Positions 23,945 to 33,809 of a DNA stretch of 64,000 nt are shown here, in pieces. A program made the translations under genes and the position numbers. Every line of letters starts with the position of its first letter. Within the stretch, counting starts at the first letter, position 1. The notes under the pieces are model-generated. The model was not told the DNA's origin, did not search any database, and was given only the letters and a program-made list of their open reading frames with translations. This stretch comes from a plasmid. The stretch lies in the sequence record NZ_CP106961.1; one strand, written 5' to 3'.

Positions 23945-24400
23945 ATGCCACGGAGACAAATACTCAGCAGTGAAGAAAAAGAGCGCTTGCTGGTTGTGCC
24001 GGATGATGACGTTCTTCTGGCGCGCATGTGTTTTTTGAGTGAACATGACCTCGCTCTTATTAATAAACGCCGCAGACCTGCAAATCGCCTGGGCTTTGCT
24101 GTTTTACTCTGTTATTTGCGAGGGTCGGGGTTTCCTCCCGACAAAAATATTTCCCCTCACGACGGGGTTGTTTCCCGGCTTGCGGCTCATTTGAAACTTC
24201 AGCCTGATTTGTGGGCCGAGTATGCATCAAGAGAGGTCACCCGCTGGGAGCATCTGGCTGAACTATACCGCTATCTGGAATTATCCCCTTTCAACCGGGC
24301 GCTGCAAAAAACCTGCATTCGCCACCTTTATCCCCACGCTATGCGGACAGACAAAGGTTTTTTGCTTGCGGAAGAAATGCTCTCCTGGCTTCACAATAAG
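23945..24400 (+). pseudogene. tnpA: Tn3-family transposase tnpA, N-terminal 152 codons (DUF4158-like region), interrupted by ISL3 element
   Basis: MPRRQILSSEEKERLLVVPDDD start typical of Tn3 TnpA; frame WLHNK continues as NVIFPSVDV at 27781 when the insertion is removed. Confidence 0.85.
24392..24400. repeat. direct repeat CACAATAAG flanking ISL3 element (left)
   Basis: identical 9-mer at 27772..27780. Confidence 0.75.
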
Positions 24401-24487
24401 GGGTAAGCGGATTAAATGGTTGATCTTACCTTTGCATGAGAGTGAGACAGACCGGCATCTCATCGGATTATCTGGTTGATGCTTCAC

Positions 24488-24895
24488 CTACTGCTGGTGC
24501 ATGTTTCCTTCGCTAATTCCAGCAAGAACCCCACACGCCTCAACTTCCCGGTCATCGTTGCAACTCGCTCTCAGTGAAACGAGTTGTTTCTCAAGCGCTT
24601 GCAGAGCGGTTATCTGCGACCGCACATGAGAGATGTGATCATCGAGCAAGGCGTTGACGGCGGTACAAGGCTGATGAGGGTCGTCCTGATAGCTCTGTAG
24701 TTCGTGAATCTCAGCCAGTGACAGGCCCAGGATTCTGCAGCGACGGATGAAGGCCAGCCCCTCACCATGCTTCTCGGTATAGACACGGTAACCGTTGTCC
24801 TGCCGATCAGGCGGCGGCAACAAGCCCTGCTGTTCATAGAAGCGGATCGTCTGTGTTTCGACCCCTACCAACTGCGCCAACTGACCAATGCGCAT
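24488..24895 (-). CDS. MerR-family metal-responsive regulator (ZntR/CadR/PbrR-like)
   Basis: MRIGQLAQLVGVETQTIRFYEQQGLLPPP HTH and C-terminal Cys residues; divergent from CDF gene. Confidence 0.8.
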   Translation of the reverse strand: MRIGQLAQLVGVETQTIRFYEQQGLLPPPDRQDNGYRVYTEKHGEGLAFIRRCRILGLSLAEIHELQSYQDDPHQPCTAVNALLDDHISHVRSQITALQALEKQLVSLRASCNDDREVEACGVLAGISEGNMHQQ

Positions 24896-24969
24896 CAGCC
24901 TCCTCCCCAACGGATTCTTTACTCTATTGACCTTATAGTAGCTTTATAGTTTTAAATGGTACCACAACA

Positions 24970-25887
24970 TTGTTCAAGTGGAGTCGTATCATGAGCAAAT
25001 CCTGTGGTGGCGCCTGTGGCGGTGATGCAACGTCCGCAGCGGATACCGATATACAGGCCTCCTCCGAGGCGCCAGGGAGATGGGTCAGTGTTTATGCCGT
25101 GCCGAAGATGGACTGTCCATCAGAAGAACGAATGATTCGCCTAGCCCTGAACGGCTTTGAGGAGATTCGGGCGCTGTCCTTCGACTTGTCGAACCGCCGG
25201 CTGAAGGTCGTGCATGACGGCGAGGTCGAGCCCGTCACCTCGAAACTGAAGACCTTGGGGCTAGGCGCCTCGCTTCAGGAAACCGTCGCTGCAAATCCGG
25301 AGACCATCAAGGCCGCCGAGTTTTCGGCAGCTTCTGCTAAGCAAGAATCCGGGACCCTGCGCTGGTTGCTCGGCATCAATGCACTTCTGTTCGTGGTGGA
25401 AATGACTGCCGGTCTGATCGCCCAGTCCACCGGCCTGATTGGAGAATCCCTGGACAATTTTGCCGATGCGGCGGTGTACGGGCTTGCCCTTTATGCGGTT
25501 GGACATAGCGTGAAAATGCAGGTACGTGCCGCGCATCTTGCTGGTGTACTGCAACTGATCTTGGCTGTGGGCGTGCTCGTAGAGGTGGTGAGACGCTTTG
25601 TATTCGGTAGTGAGCCTGAATCGCTGGTGATGATGGCTATCGCATTCGTCGCATTGATTGCCAATACCAGTTGTCTGCTGCTCATATCCAAACATCGGGA
25701 AGGCGGGGCGCACATGAAGGCAAGCTGGATATTCTCGGCCAACGACGTGGTGATCAACCTGGGGGTCATCACCGCCGGCGCCCTGGTCGCGTGGACCGGT
25801 TCCAATTATCCGGATCTGATTATCGGCACCATCGCGGGGGGCATTGTACTTAACGGTGCCAGACGCATTTTGGCGTTGAAGGGTTAA
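24970..25887 (+). CDS. cation-diffusion-facilitator-like membrane transporter with Cys/Gly-rich N-terminal extension
   Basis: 6 predicted TM with CDF-like ESLDNFADA, N-terminal SCGGACGG and MDCPSEE metal-binding-like segment; no C-terminal cytoplasmic domain. Confidence 0.65.
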   Translation: MFKWSRIMSKSCGGACGGDATSAADTDIQASSEAPGRWVSVYAVPKMDCPSEERMIRLALNGFEEIRALSFDLSNRRLKVVHDGEVEPVTSKLKTLGLGASLQETVAANPETIKAAEFSAASAKQESGTLRWLLGINALLFVVEMTAGLIAQSTGLIGESLDNFADAAVYGLALYAVGHSVKMQVRAAHLAGVLQLILAVGVLVEVVRRFVFGSEPESLVMMAIAFVALIANTSCLLLISKHREGGAHMKASWIFSANDVVINLGVITAGALVAWTGSNYPDLIIGTIAGGIVLNGARRILALKG

Positions 25888-25890
25888 ATA

Positions 25891-26403
25891 ATGCTCATTA
25901 TTGGCAAAAAGCTCTCGCCGTATGCCCTATTGTCCATATCGGGCCTGCTGGCAGCGTCTGATCAGGCTGTAAAGTGGCTGGTGCAGCAATCAATGGCCTA
26001 TGGCGAGTATGTTTCGGTGACCCCGTTCTTTAACTGGGTGCACCTATGGAACACCGGTGCCGCATTCAGTCTTTTTGCGAATGGTGGAGGCTGGCAGCGC
26101 TACTTTTTTATCGGAATCGCGGTAGTGGTCTCGATTTTTCTGATCAAGCTGATCCTTGAAAATCGTCATAAAGGAGAAGCCATCGCTTACAGTCTTATCC
26201 TCGGTGGCGCCATGGGCAACCTGATTGACCGGGTCTTTCGCGGCTATGTTGTGGATTCCTTTGATTTCTATTGGCGAGACTGGCATTGGCCGGCCTTCAA
26301 CCTGGCTGATATTGCAATTGTCCTCGGTGCCTTACTTTTCGTTTCCAGCAGCTTGTTGGGTAAAAAAGCAAACACCAATGCCGAGCCGGATGGATCTGAC
26401 TGA
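25891..26403 (+). CDS. lspA: lipoprotein signal peptidase II
   Basis: 170 aa, conserved NxGAAFS and DxxDF(NLAD) motifs. Confidence 0.85.
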   Translation: MLIIGKKLSPYALLSISGLLAASDQAVKWLVQQSMAYGEYVSVTPFFNWVHLWNTGAAFSLFANGGGWQRYFFIGIAVVVSIFLIKLILENRHKGEAIAYSLILGGAMGNLIDRVFRGYVVDSFDFYWRDWHWPAFNLADIAIVLGALLFVSSSLLGKKANTNAEPDGSD

Positions 26404-26424
26404 CACCTACGCCTATACAACACC

Positions 26425-27714
26425 ATGACCGAACTTCCCGACAACATCCTTCACCTGCCGCAATACCAAGTACTGGGCTGCAAATCAACCGACGACGAAA
26501 TGCACTTCCAGGTGGACGTGCCCGATCCCATCGCCTGCGAGGAATGCGGCGTGCAGGGTGAGTTCGTACGGTTCGGCAAGCGTGACGTTCCCTATCGTGA
26601 TCTGCCCATCCACGGCAAGCGGGTCACTCTCTGGGTGGTCCGCCGCCGATACACCTGCCGGGCCTGCAAGACAACATTCAGGCCCCAGCTACCGGAGATG
26701 GTGGACGGATTCCGTATGACACTGCGGCTGCATGAGTACGTGGAGAAGGAATCCTTCAACCACCCCTACACCTTTGTGGCGGCACAGACCGGCCTGGACG
26801 AGAAGACGGTGCGCGACATCTTCAACGCCCGCGCCGAGTTCCTGGGGCGCTGGCACCGCTTCGAGACGCCCCGCATCCTGGGCATTGACGAGCTATACCT
26901 GAACAAGCGCTACCGCTGCATTCTGACCAACATTGAGGAGCGAACCCTGCTCGACCTGCTGGCCACCCGCCGCCAGGACGTGGTGACCAACTACCTGATG
27001 AAGCTGAAAGACCGGCAGAAGGTCGAGATCGTCAGCATGGACATGTGGAACCCCTACCGGGCAGCGGTCAAGGCTGTGCTGCCCCAGGCCCGTATCGTGG
27101 TCGATAAGTTCCATGTGGTGCGCATGGCCAACGATGCCCTAGAGAGAGTGCGCAAGGGCCTCAGAAAGGAGCTGAAACCGTCCCAGAGCCGGACTCTCAA
27201 GGGAGACCGGAAAATCCTGCTGAAACGCGCTCACGAAGTCTCAGACCGGGAGCGCCTCATCATGGAGACCTGGACAGGCGCGTTCCCGCAACTGCTGGCC
27301 GCCTACGAGCACAAGGAGCGCTTCTACGGCATCTGGGACGCCACCACACGGCTCCAGGCAGAAGCCGCCCTGGACGAGTGGATAGCCACCATCCCGAAGG
27401 GCCAAAAGGAAGTCTGGAGCGATCTGGTCAGGGCAGTGGGAAACTGGCGCGAAGAGACCATGACCTACTTCGAGACGGACATGCCCGTCACCAACGCTTA
27501 CACGGAGTCCATCAACCGACTGGCCAAGGACAAGAACCGTGAAGGGCGCGGTTACTCCTTCGAGGTGATGCGGGCACGAATGCTCTACACCACGAAGCAC
27601 AAGAAGAAGGCACCGACTGCGAAGGTCTCTCCTTTCTACAAGAAAACCATCGGTTACGGACTGCCGGACTTCGCAGAGGAACTCAACTACGGAGTCGATC
27701 TATCAACCATCTGA
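26425..27714 (+). CDS. tnpA: ISL3-family transposase
   Basis: 429 aa, N-terminal zinc ribbon CEECG..CRAC, DDE region. Confidence 0.85.
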   Translation: MTELPDNILHLPQYQVLGCKSTDDEMHFQVDVPDPIACEECGVQGEFVRFGKRDVPYRDLPIHGKRVTLWVVRRRYTCRACKTTFRPQLPEMVDGFRMTLRLHEYVEKESFNHPYTFVAAQTGLDEKTVRDIFNARAEFLGRWHRFETPRILGIDELYLNKRYRCILTNIEERTLLDLLATRRQDVVTNYLMKLKDRQKVEIVSMDMWNPYRAAVKAVLPQARIVVDKFHVVRMANDALERVRKGLRKELKPSQSRTLKGDRKILLKRAHEVSDRERLIMETWTGAFPQLLAAYEHKERFYGIWDATTRLQAEAALDEWIATIPKGQKEVWSDLVRAVGNWREETMTYFETDMPVTNAYTESINRLAKDKNREGRGYSFEVMRARMLYTTKHKKKAPTAKVSPFYKKTIGYGLPDFAEELNYGVDLSTI

Positions 27715-27771
27715 GGGTGGTATCAGATTGATGGGGTGAAGGTGCCCCATCAACCATTAAATCCGTATACC

Positions 27772-27780
27772 CACAATAAG
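27772..27780. repeat. direct repeat CACAATAAG flanking ISL3 element (right)
   Basis: pairs with 24392..24400. Confidence 0.75.
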
Positions 27781-30309
27781 AATGTCATTTTCCCCTCAGT
27801 TGATGTCATTGAGCGGACCCTGGCTGAAGCAGCAACGCTTGCAGACAGGGCGGTTTTTTCTGCGCTTACCGCGCAGCTTGAACCAGGGCACAAAGCGGCA
27901 CTGGACCGTCTGCTGAGATCTGAGGGTGAGCAACCCTCACGGCTGGCCTGGCTGCTCCAGCCTCCGGGAAAAATTAATGGCAAAAATGTCCTGCAACATA
28001 TCGACCGGTTAAATGCGATTGAGGCGCTGGCACTGCCTGACGGTATTGCGCTTTCCGTTCACCAGAACCGGCTCCTGAAACTGGCACGCGAAGGCAGGAA
28101 AATGAGTAGCCGGGACCTGGCAAAATTCACGGATGTTCGCCGTTATGCCTCGCTGGTTTGTGTTATATCGGAAGCCAGGGCCACCCTGACTGACGAAGTT
28201 ATTGATCTGCACGAGCGTATTCTGGGCAGTCTGTTCAGCAGGGCAAAACGCACGCAAGCCGAACGGCTTCAGCAAACGGGAAAGCTGATTCAGAGTAAGC
28301 TGAAGCAATACGTTACCATCGGGCAGGCATTGCTTAACGCCAGAGAGTCTGGTGAAGATCCCTGGGCCGCAATAGAAGACGTCCTTCCCTGGCAGGAATT
28401 TATCAACAGCGTGGAAGAGACGCGCTTCCTGTCACGTAAGGACAACTTTGACCCGTTGCATCTGATCACAGAAAAATACAGTACGCTGCGTAAATACGCC
28501 CCCCGGATGCTGTCTGCGTTGCAGTTCAGGGCTGCACCCGCCGCATTGCAGCTCAGTGACGCGCTGGACACCGTCAGAGAGATGTATCGAAAACAACTCC
28601 GAAAAGTACCGCCTTCCGCGCCAACCGGGTTCATCCCGCAAAGCTGGAGAAAGGCTGTGATCACTCCCACCGGCATTGATCGAAAATATTACGAATTTTG
28701 CGTGCTGAATGAGCTGAAGGGAGCCTTACGTTCTGGTGACATCTGGGTAAAGGGATCACGCCGCTACCGGAATTTCGATGATTATCTGATCCCGTCTGAC
28801 GATTTTGAAAAATCACTCCGTGATAATCAGCTATCCCTTGCCATTCCGACCGATTGCCATGAGTACATCAAGAACCGTATGACACTTCTGGCATCGCGCC
28901 TGGAGGAAGTGAATGCGATGGCGCTGGTCGGTGATTTACCTGATGTTGATATATCGGATAAAGGCGTGAAAATAACCCCGCTGGATAATAGTGTCCCTTC
29001 AGCAGCATCCCCTTTTGCCGATTTGGTTTATGGCATGCTGCCTCACCCTAAAATTACTGAAATTCTGGATGAAGTGGACGGCTGGACCGGTTTTACCCGC
29101 CATTTCACGCATCTTAAAAATAAACACGTCAGACCAAAAGACAGAAAGTTGTTACTGACCACCATCCTGGCCGATGGCATCAATCTGGGGCTGACGAAAA
29201 TGGCCGAATCCTGTCCGGGAGTGACAAAATCGTCACTGGAGGGCATTCAGGCCTGGTACATCAGGGATGAAACATATTCAGCCGCGCTGGCTGAGCTGGT
29301 TAATACTCAGAAACAGCGGCATCTGGCTGCATTTTGGGGCGATGGTACAACGTCTTCGTCTGACGGGCAGAACTTTCGGGTGGGGAGTCACGGGCGTTAT
29401 GCGGGTCAGGTCAATCTGAAATACGGGCAGGAACCAGGCGTGCAGATTTACACGCATATCTCGGATCAATACAGCCCATTTTACACCAAAGTGATCAGTC
29501 GCGTGCGCGACTCCACCCACGTACTTGACGGTCTGCTATACCACGAAAGTGATCTGGAAATTACAGAGCATTACACTGATACCGCTGGTTTTACGGAGCA
29601 TGTTTTCGCGCTGATGCATCTGCTCGGATTCGCTTTTGCCCCAAGGATCCGGGATCTTCACGACAAGCGGCTTTTTATTAAGGGAAAGGCTGAGCGTTAT
29701 CCGGGACTTCAATCTGTGATAGCCACAACACCACTGAATCTTAAAGACATTGAGACGCACTGGAATGAGGTACTTCGCCTCGCAAGCTCGATAAAACAGG
29801 GGACTGTTACCGCATCGCTCATGATGAAAAAACTGGCCAGTTATCCTAAACAAAATGGCCTTGCAAAGGCATTGAGGGAAATCGGACGCATCGAACGGGC
29901 ACTGTTTATGCTGGACTGGTTTCGCGATCCATCACTGCGCCGACGCGTACAGGCTGGGCTGAATAAAGGTGAGGCCCGCAATGCGCTTGCACGAGCGGTC
30001 TTTATGCACCGGTTGGGTGAGATCAGAGATCGGGGGCTGGAGAATCAGAGCTACCGGGCCAGTGGTCTGACATTGCTGACTGCGGCGATCTCCCTGTGGA
30101 ATACGGTATATATAGAAAGAGCCATAGATTCCCTGAGACGAAAAGGGATCCCAATTAATGAGCAACTGATTTCTCATTTGTCCCCTCTGGGATGGGAGCA
30201 CATCAATCTGAGTGGGGATTACGTCTGGCGGACAAACCTTAAGCTGGGGCAGGGTAAATACAGTTCATTACGCTCAGTGGATAGTGGTCTGTACAAAAAA
30301 CAGGCTTAG
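27781..30309 (+). pseudogene. tnpA: Tn3-family transposase tnpA, C-terminal ~842 codons
   Basis: long ORF homologous along its length to Tn3-family TnpA (DDE region); ORF-track start 27736 lies inside the ISL3 right end, creating a hybrid start. Confidence 0.85.
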
Positions 30310-30342
30310 CGTAGGATATTTTCCGTTTTCCAAGCGGACCCC
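30305..30342 (-). repeat. 38-bp terminal inverted repeat (IR-R) of Tn3-family transposon
   Basis: reverse complement GGGGTCCGCTTGGAAAACGGAAAATATCCTACGCTAAG; overlaps tnpA stop. Confidence 0.8.
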
Positions 30343-30720
30343 TATCTCTACGTTGCCGGTTTCATGTCTGGCGTGAGAAGCTTGCATAGCAAGCTTCTCT
30401 GATCCGCGTCCTCATTTATAGACTGCTGCCTATAAAACTGCGCTAGTGTTTTTCGTCATAGTAACAAACGAATTAATACAACCAGATTCGCACTTCCTTT
30501 ACGTTTTTTAGCTCAATGAAGCCCACCGCGAGCACTTCCAATGGTCAATAAAAATTGGTCACTCCTTGAGGCTTTTTCGTAAAATAGCTCTGATTGCTTC
30601 GGCGGCAACCTGTTCGACGTCTGATTCGGACGCACAGAATGAAATGCCGAGCCGGATTTTCTTACCCAGCACGAAAAAATTGTCAGCAAAGAAGTACTAT
30701 GTGGCCTGGGAACATAAGAC

Positions 30721-31032
30721 ATGTGCTGTACATCAACAACTTATCATTCATCATGTCAGAGCAGTCGGCAGTCGTGATCAGATGCTTGGTGCAAGTGGTG
30801 ATTTATAACAGCCAAATTGTCGTCTCGGATATTACCTACGCTGAGATGCGCTTTAGGACAGGCCTCAGTATGTCAGGATCAGCTCGCGTGCTTCGATGCC
30901 GTCATTTACAAAAATCACCCTTATACTAGCGAAATGAAGGCAGTGCTGGCCGCAGCCAGGATGTCGATTGGATCGAACGACTCTGCCCTATCGGACGTAC
31001 CGCATGCAAATTCTGTAGTTTTTGTTGACTAA
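30721..31032 (+). pseudogene. vapC-like PIN-domain toxin remnant (frameshifted)
   Basis: fragments MLYINNLSFIMSEQ...IVVSDITYAEMRF and ...GSNDSALSDVPHANSVVFV in two frames align to VapC at 41687..42103. Confidence 0.45.
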
Positions 31033-31532
31033 GGATTATGAGTTTAACTTGCAAGTTAGACGGACACTTTTCTTTTTGGTTAAAGCCATCCTCAGGGTGA
31101 GCAATGTCCTTTTAGTCCTAATGCATTGATATTTATTATTAATTTACCCTTACATCCAAGTCGGATAGACATATTTTTTGTCTGATCTGCAGGCATCTGT
31201 AAAAAAACTCTTAACTTGGACGGACAAATTACTTATAGAGCAATTCAAAACCGCCGCAGAAAGTGCCCCCTAGCATTTATTACGTAATTGATTCTAAATC
31301 TAAATGAGTCTGCGGGTTTATCACCAGAAGTTTGACCATTACAATAGAATAAATGTCAAACTGAGGTAACTTATGAACAAACATACCACAACAGAACTAG
31401 AGCTGAGCGCAAAAGTGACGCTGGCAGATTTTCAACTAAGTCTTCTGAAAAGGATTAATAACATCGCGGTCTCACTGAATCGCCACGGGTTTAACAGACA
31501 CCTCAGAGTCATTTAAGATGGCTTAAAGAGAG

Positions 31533-31817
31533 GTGCCCATGAGCGGTAAGCGTTATCCCGAAGAGTTTAAAACTGAAGCAGTCAAACAGGTTGTTGATCG
31601 CGGTTATTCTGTTTCCAGCGTTGCAACACGTCTCGATATCACCACCCACAGCCTTTATGCCTGGATAAAGAAGTACGGTCCGGATTCTTCCACTAATAAA
31701 GAACAGTCAGATGCTCAGGCCGAGATCCGCCGTCTCCAGAAAGAGCTGAAACGGGTTACCGACGAACGGGACATATTAAAAAAAGCCGCGGCGTACTTCG
31801 CAAAGCTGTCCGACTGA
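31533..31817 (+). CDS. IS3-family transposase OrfA (HTH)
   Basis: 94 aa with HTH and leucine zipper. Confidence 0.85.
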   Translation: MPMSGKRYPEEFKTEAVKQVVDRGYSVSSVATRLDITTHSLYAWIKKYGPDSSTNKEQSDAQAEIRRLQKELKRVTDERDILKKAAAYFAKLSD

Positions 31818-31873
31818 GGTACGTCTTTATCCGTGACAACTCCTGTTGCTGGCCTGTTCGCCTGCTCTGTCGG

Positions 31874-32686
31874 GTGCTGGATGTTCATCCCAGTGGTTTT
31901 TACGCCTGGCTTCAGCAGCCGCATTCACAACGCCATCAGGCAGACCTGAGACTGACAGGACAGATTAAACAGTTCTGGCTGGAATCGGGATGCGTCTATG
32001 GTTATCGCAAAATCCATCTGGATCTGCGTGACAGCGGGCAACAGTGCGGAGTAAACAGAGTCTGGAGACTGATGAAACGTGTCGGAATAAAGGCTCAGGT
32101 CGGATACCGAAGCCCGCGGGCACGTAAAGGCGAGGCCAGTATCGTGTCACCCAACAGGCTCCAGCGACAGTTCAATCCGGATGCTCCTGATGAGCGTTGG
32201 GTAACGGACATAACCTACATCAGGACCCACGAAGGCTGGCTGTATCTTGCCGTTGTTGTTGATCTGTTCTCACGCAAAATTATCGGCTGGTCCATGCAAT
32301 CCCGAATGACAAAGGACATTGTCCTGAACGCACTGCTGATGGCTGTATGGCGGCGTAATCCCGAAAAACAGGTGCTGGTTCATTCGGATCAGGGCAGTCA
32401 GTACACAAGCCATGAGTGGCAGTCGTTCCTGAAATCACACGGCCTGGAGGGTAGCATGAGCCGTCGCGGTAACTGCCATGATAATGCGGTTGCAGAAAGT
32501 TTTTTCCAGTTGTTGAAACGTGAACGGATAAAGAAAAAGATCTACGGAACGCGGGAAGAAGCCCGCAGTGATATTTTTGATTACATCGAAATGTTTTATA
32601 ACAGTAAGCGTCGGCATGGTTCTAGCGAACAGATGTCACCGACAGAATATGAAAACCAGTATTATCAACGGCTCGGAAGTGTCTAG
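31874..32686 (+). CDS. IS3-family transposase OrfB (DDE), expressed as OrfAB by -1 frameshift
   Basis: 270 aa with DDE motifs (WVTDITY, HSDQGSQYTS, E). Confidence 0.85.
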   Translation: MLDVHPSGFYAWLQQPHSQRHQADLRLTGQIKQFWLESGCVYGYRKIHLDLRDSGQQCGVNRVWRLMKRVGIKAQVGYRSPRARKGEASIVSPNRLQRQFNPDAPDERWVTDITYIRTHEGWLYLAVVVDLFSRKIIGWSMQSRMTKDIVLNALLMAVWRRNPEKQVLVHSDQGSQYTSHEWQSFLKSHGLEGSMSRRGNCHDNAVAESFFQLLKRERIKKKIYGTREEARSDIFDYIEMFYNSKRRHGSSEQMSPTEYENQYYQRLGSV

Positions 32687-32709
32687 ATTATCCGTGGCGA
32701 TTCACACTG

Positions 32710-33246
32710 ATGCCTGAGTTTGAAGATAAAAACCAGGCATTGGACGCAATCACGCTGGATGATGGTTCACTGATGCAACTGCTCTGCTCCATTCAGATGG
32801 AACAAAAGACGCGTGCTTCAGAACAAGAGATGCGTAAAGTACGCCGTCGCCGCGAAAATCTGGAGGCTTTTTACAAGAGCCTCCAGGAGCTTGGCGGCAC
32901 CCTTAAGGTTAACGACGTGGCCGATAAGCTGGGCATCACCCGCCAGGCAGTAAATGTCCGGGTGAAAAAGAATCAGCTCATTGCGTTTAAACAAAACGCC
33001 GATTATATCTTCCCGGCCTTCCAGTTCACCGATAAAGGCCTGGTGCCCGGGTTTAAAGAAGTCATGAGCGCGTTTGATGAAGACACGCATCCAATGCTGC
33101 GTCTCGGTGTGCTGAAAGCGCCGATTCAACTCAGTGAAGACGTGACAAAAACGCCGATTCAGATCATGCAGGATGGCGCAAAGCCCGACGAACTGGAGCT
33201 CGCAATACGTTCTGCGAGATTGTGCGGCAAGCATACTGCCCACTAA
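32710..33246 (+). CDS. hypothetical DNA-binding protein (central HTH), immediately upstream of 42-bp repeat array
   Basis: 178 aa, HTH-like LKVNDVADKLGITRQAVNVRVKKNQ; start 5 bp after the IS3 copy 1 end. Confidence 0.5.
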   Translation: MPEFEDKNQALDAITLDDGSLMQLLCSIQMEQKTRASEQEMRKVRRRRENLEAFYKSLQELGGTLKVNDVADKLGITRQAVNVRVKKNQLIAFKQNADYIFPAFQFTDKGLVPGFKEVMSAFDEDTHPMLRLGVLKAPIQLSEDVTKTPIQIMQDGAKPDELELAIRSARLCGKHTAH

Positions 33247-33557
33247 CCTGTAATGTGGGGGAATGCTCAAAATATTAGAGCATTCTCAGTGAATGATAGC
33301 CAAAATACCTTTGAAGTATACCTTTAACACTGCATGTAACCTTGCCGAATATTAGTAACAGCCTGCCCGGAAACAACAGGAATACGATGCGATTTTACAA
33401 GCAGCCTTCTATGAGGGAAACAGTAGTAGATGAACTGTAATTTATAATTATTGGACTGATACTTAGCATGTGTCTCAAGTTAACAAGGGCGTTCATAATG
33501 ATTAGCAATGAGGCAGATAATGATATGCAGAAGGAAGTTCAGATTATGCTCTAGTAC

Positions 33558-33809
33558 CCATTCACTAATGGCTTTCCATCCATCAATTACGGTCCACAGT
33601 CCATCTTTGATGGCTTTCTATTCATCAATTACGGCCCACAGTCCATCTTTGATGATTTTCTACTCATCAATTACGGCCCACAGTCCATCTTTGATGGCTT
33701 TCTACACTTCAATCACAGTCCACAGTCCATCTTTGGTGGCTTTCTACTCATCAATTACGGTCCACAGTCCATCTTTGGTGGCTTTCCTAATCATTAACCA
33801 CGGTTCACA
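33558..33809. repeat. six tandem 42-bp direct repeats (iteron/centromere-like array)
   Basis: units ATGGCTTTCTACTCATCAATTACGGTCCACAGTCCATCTTTG, each junction forms CCATC-TTT-GATGG palindrome; last unit degenerate; 129-aa ORF over it is a translation artefact. Confidence 0.85.

Larger units (their letters stand above)
24401..27771 (+). mobile_element. ISL3-family element with passenger genes (ISPpu12-like), 3371 bp
   Basis: imperfect ~24-bp terminal IRs (GGGTAAGCGGATTAAATGGTTGAT / GGTATACGGATTTAATGGTTGAT), ISL3 transposase plus merR-like, CDF and lspA genes, flanked by direct repeat; size and gene content match my recollection of ISPpu12. Confidence 0.8.
18376..30342 (+). mobile_element. Tn3-family transposon (~12 kb) carrying arsCBR, arsH, padR-chrA, tnpR-res-tnpA (tnpA interrupted by ISL3 element)
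   Basis: matched 38-bp IRs at both ends, tnpA 3' end abuts IR-R, divergent tnpR/tnpA with intergenic res region. Confidence 0.7.
31476..32704 (+). mobile_element. IS3-family insertion sequence copy 1 (1229 bp), 3-bp TSD CAC
   Basis: ends TGAATCGCCACGG ... CCGTGGCGATTCA (13-bp IRs, TG/CA termini), orfA/orfB with A AAA AAA G slippery site near 31780, CAC at 31473..31475 and 32705..32707. Confidence 0.85.

Noticed and set aside
33558-33809. Possible CRISPR array
   Set aside because: Units are contiguous 42-mers with no unique spacers, and no cas genes are present. It is a tandem repeat, not a CRISPR.
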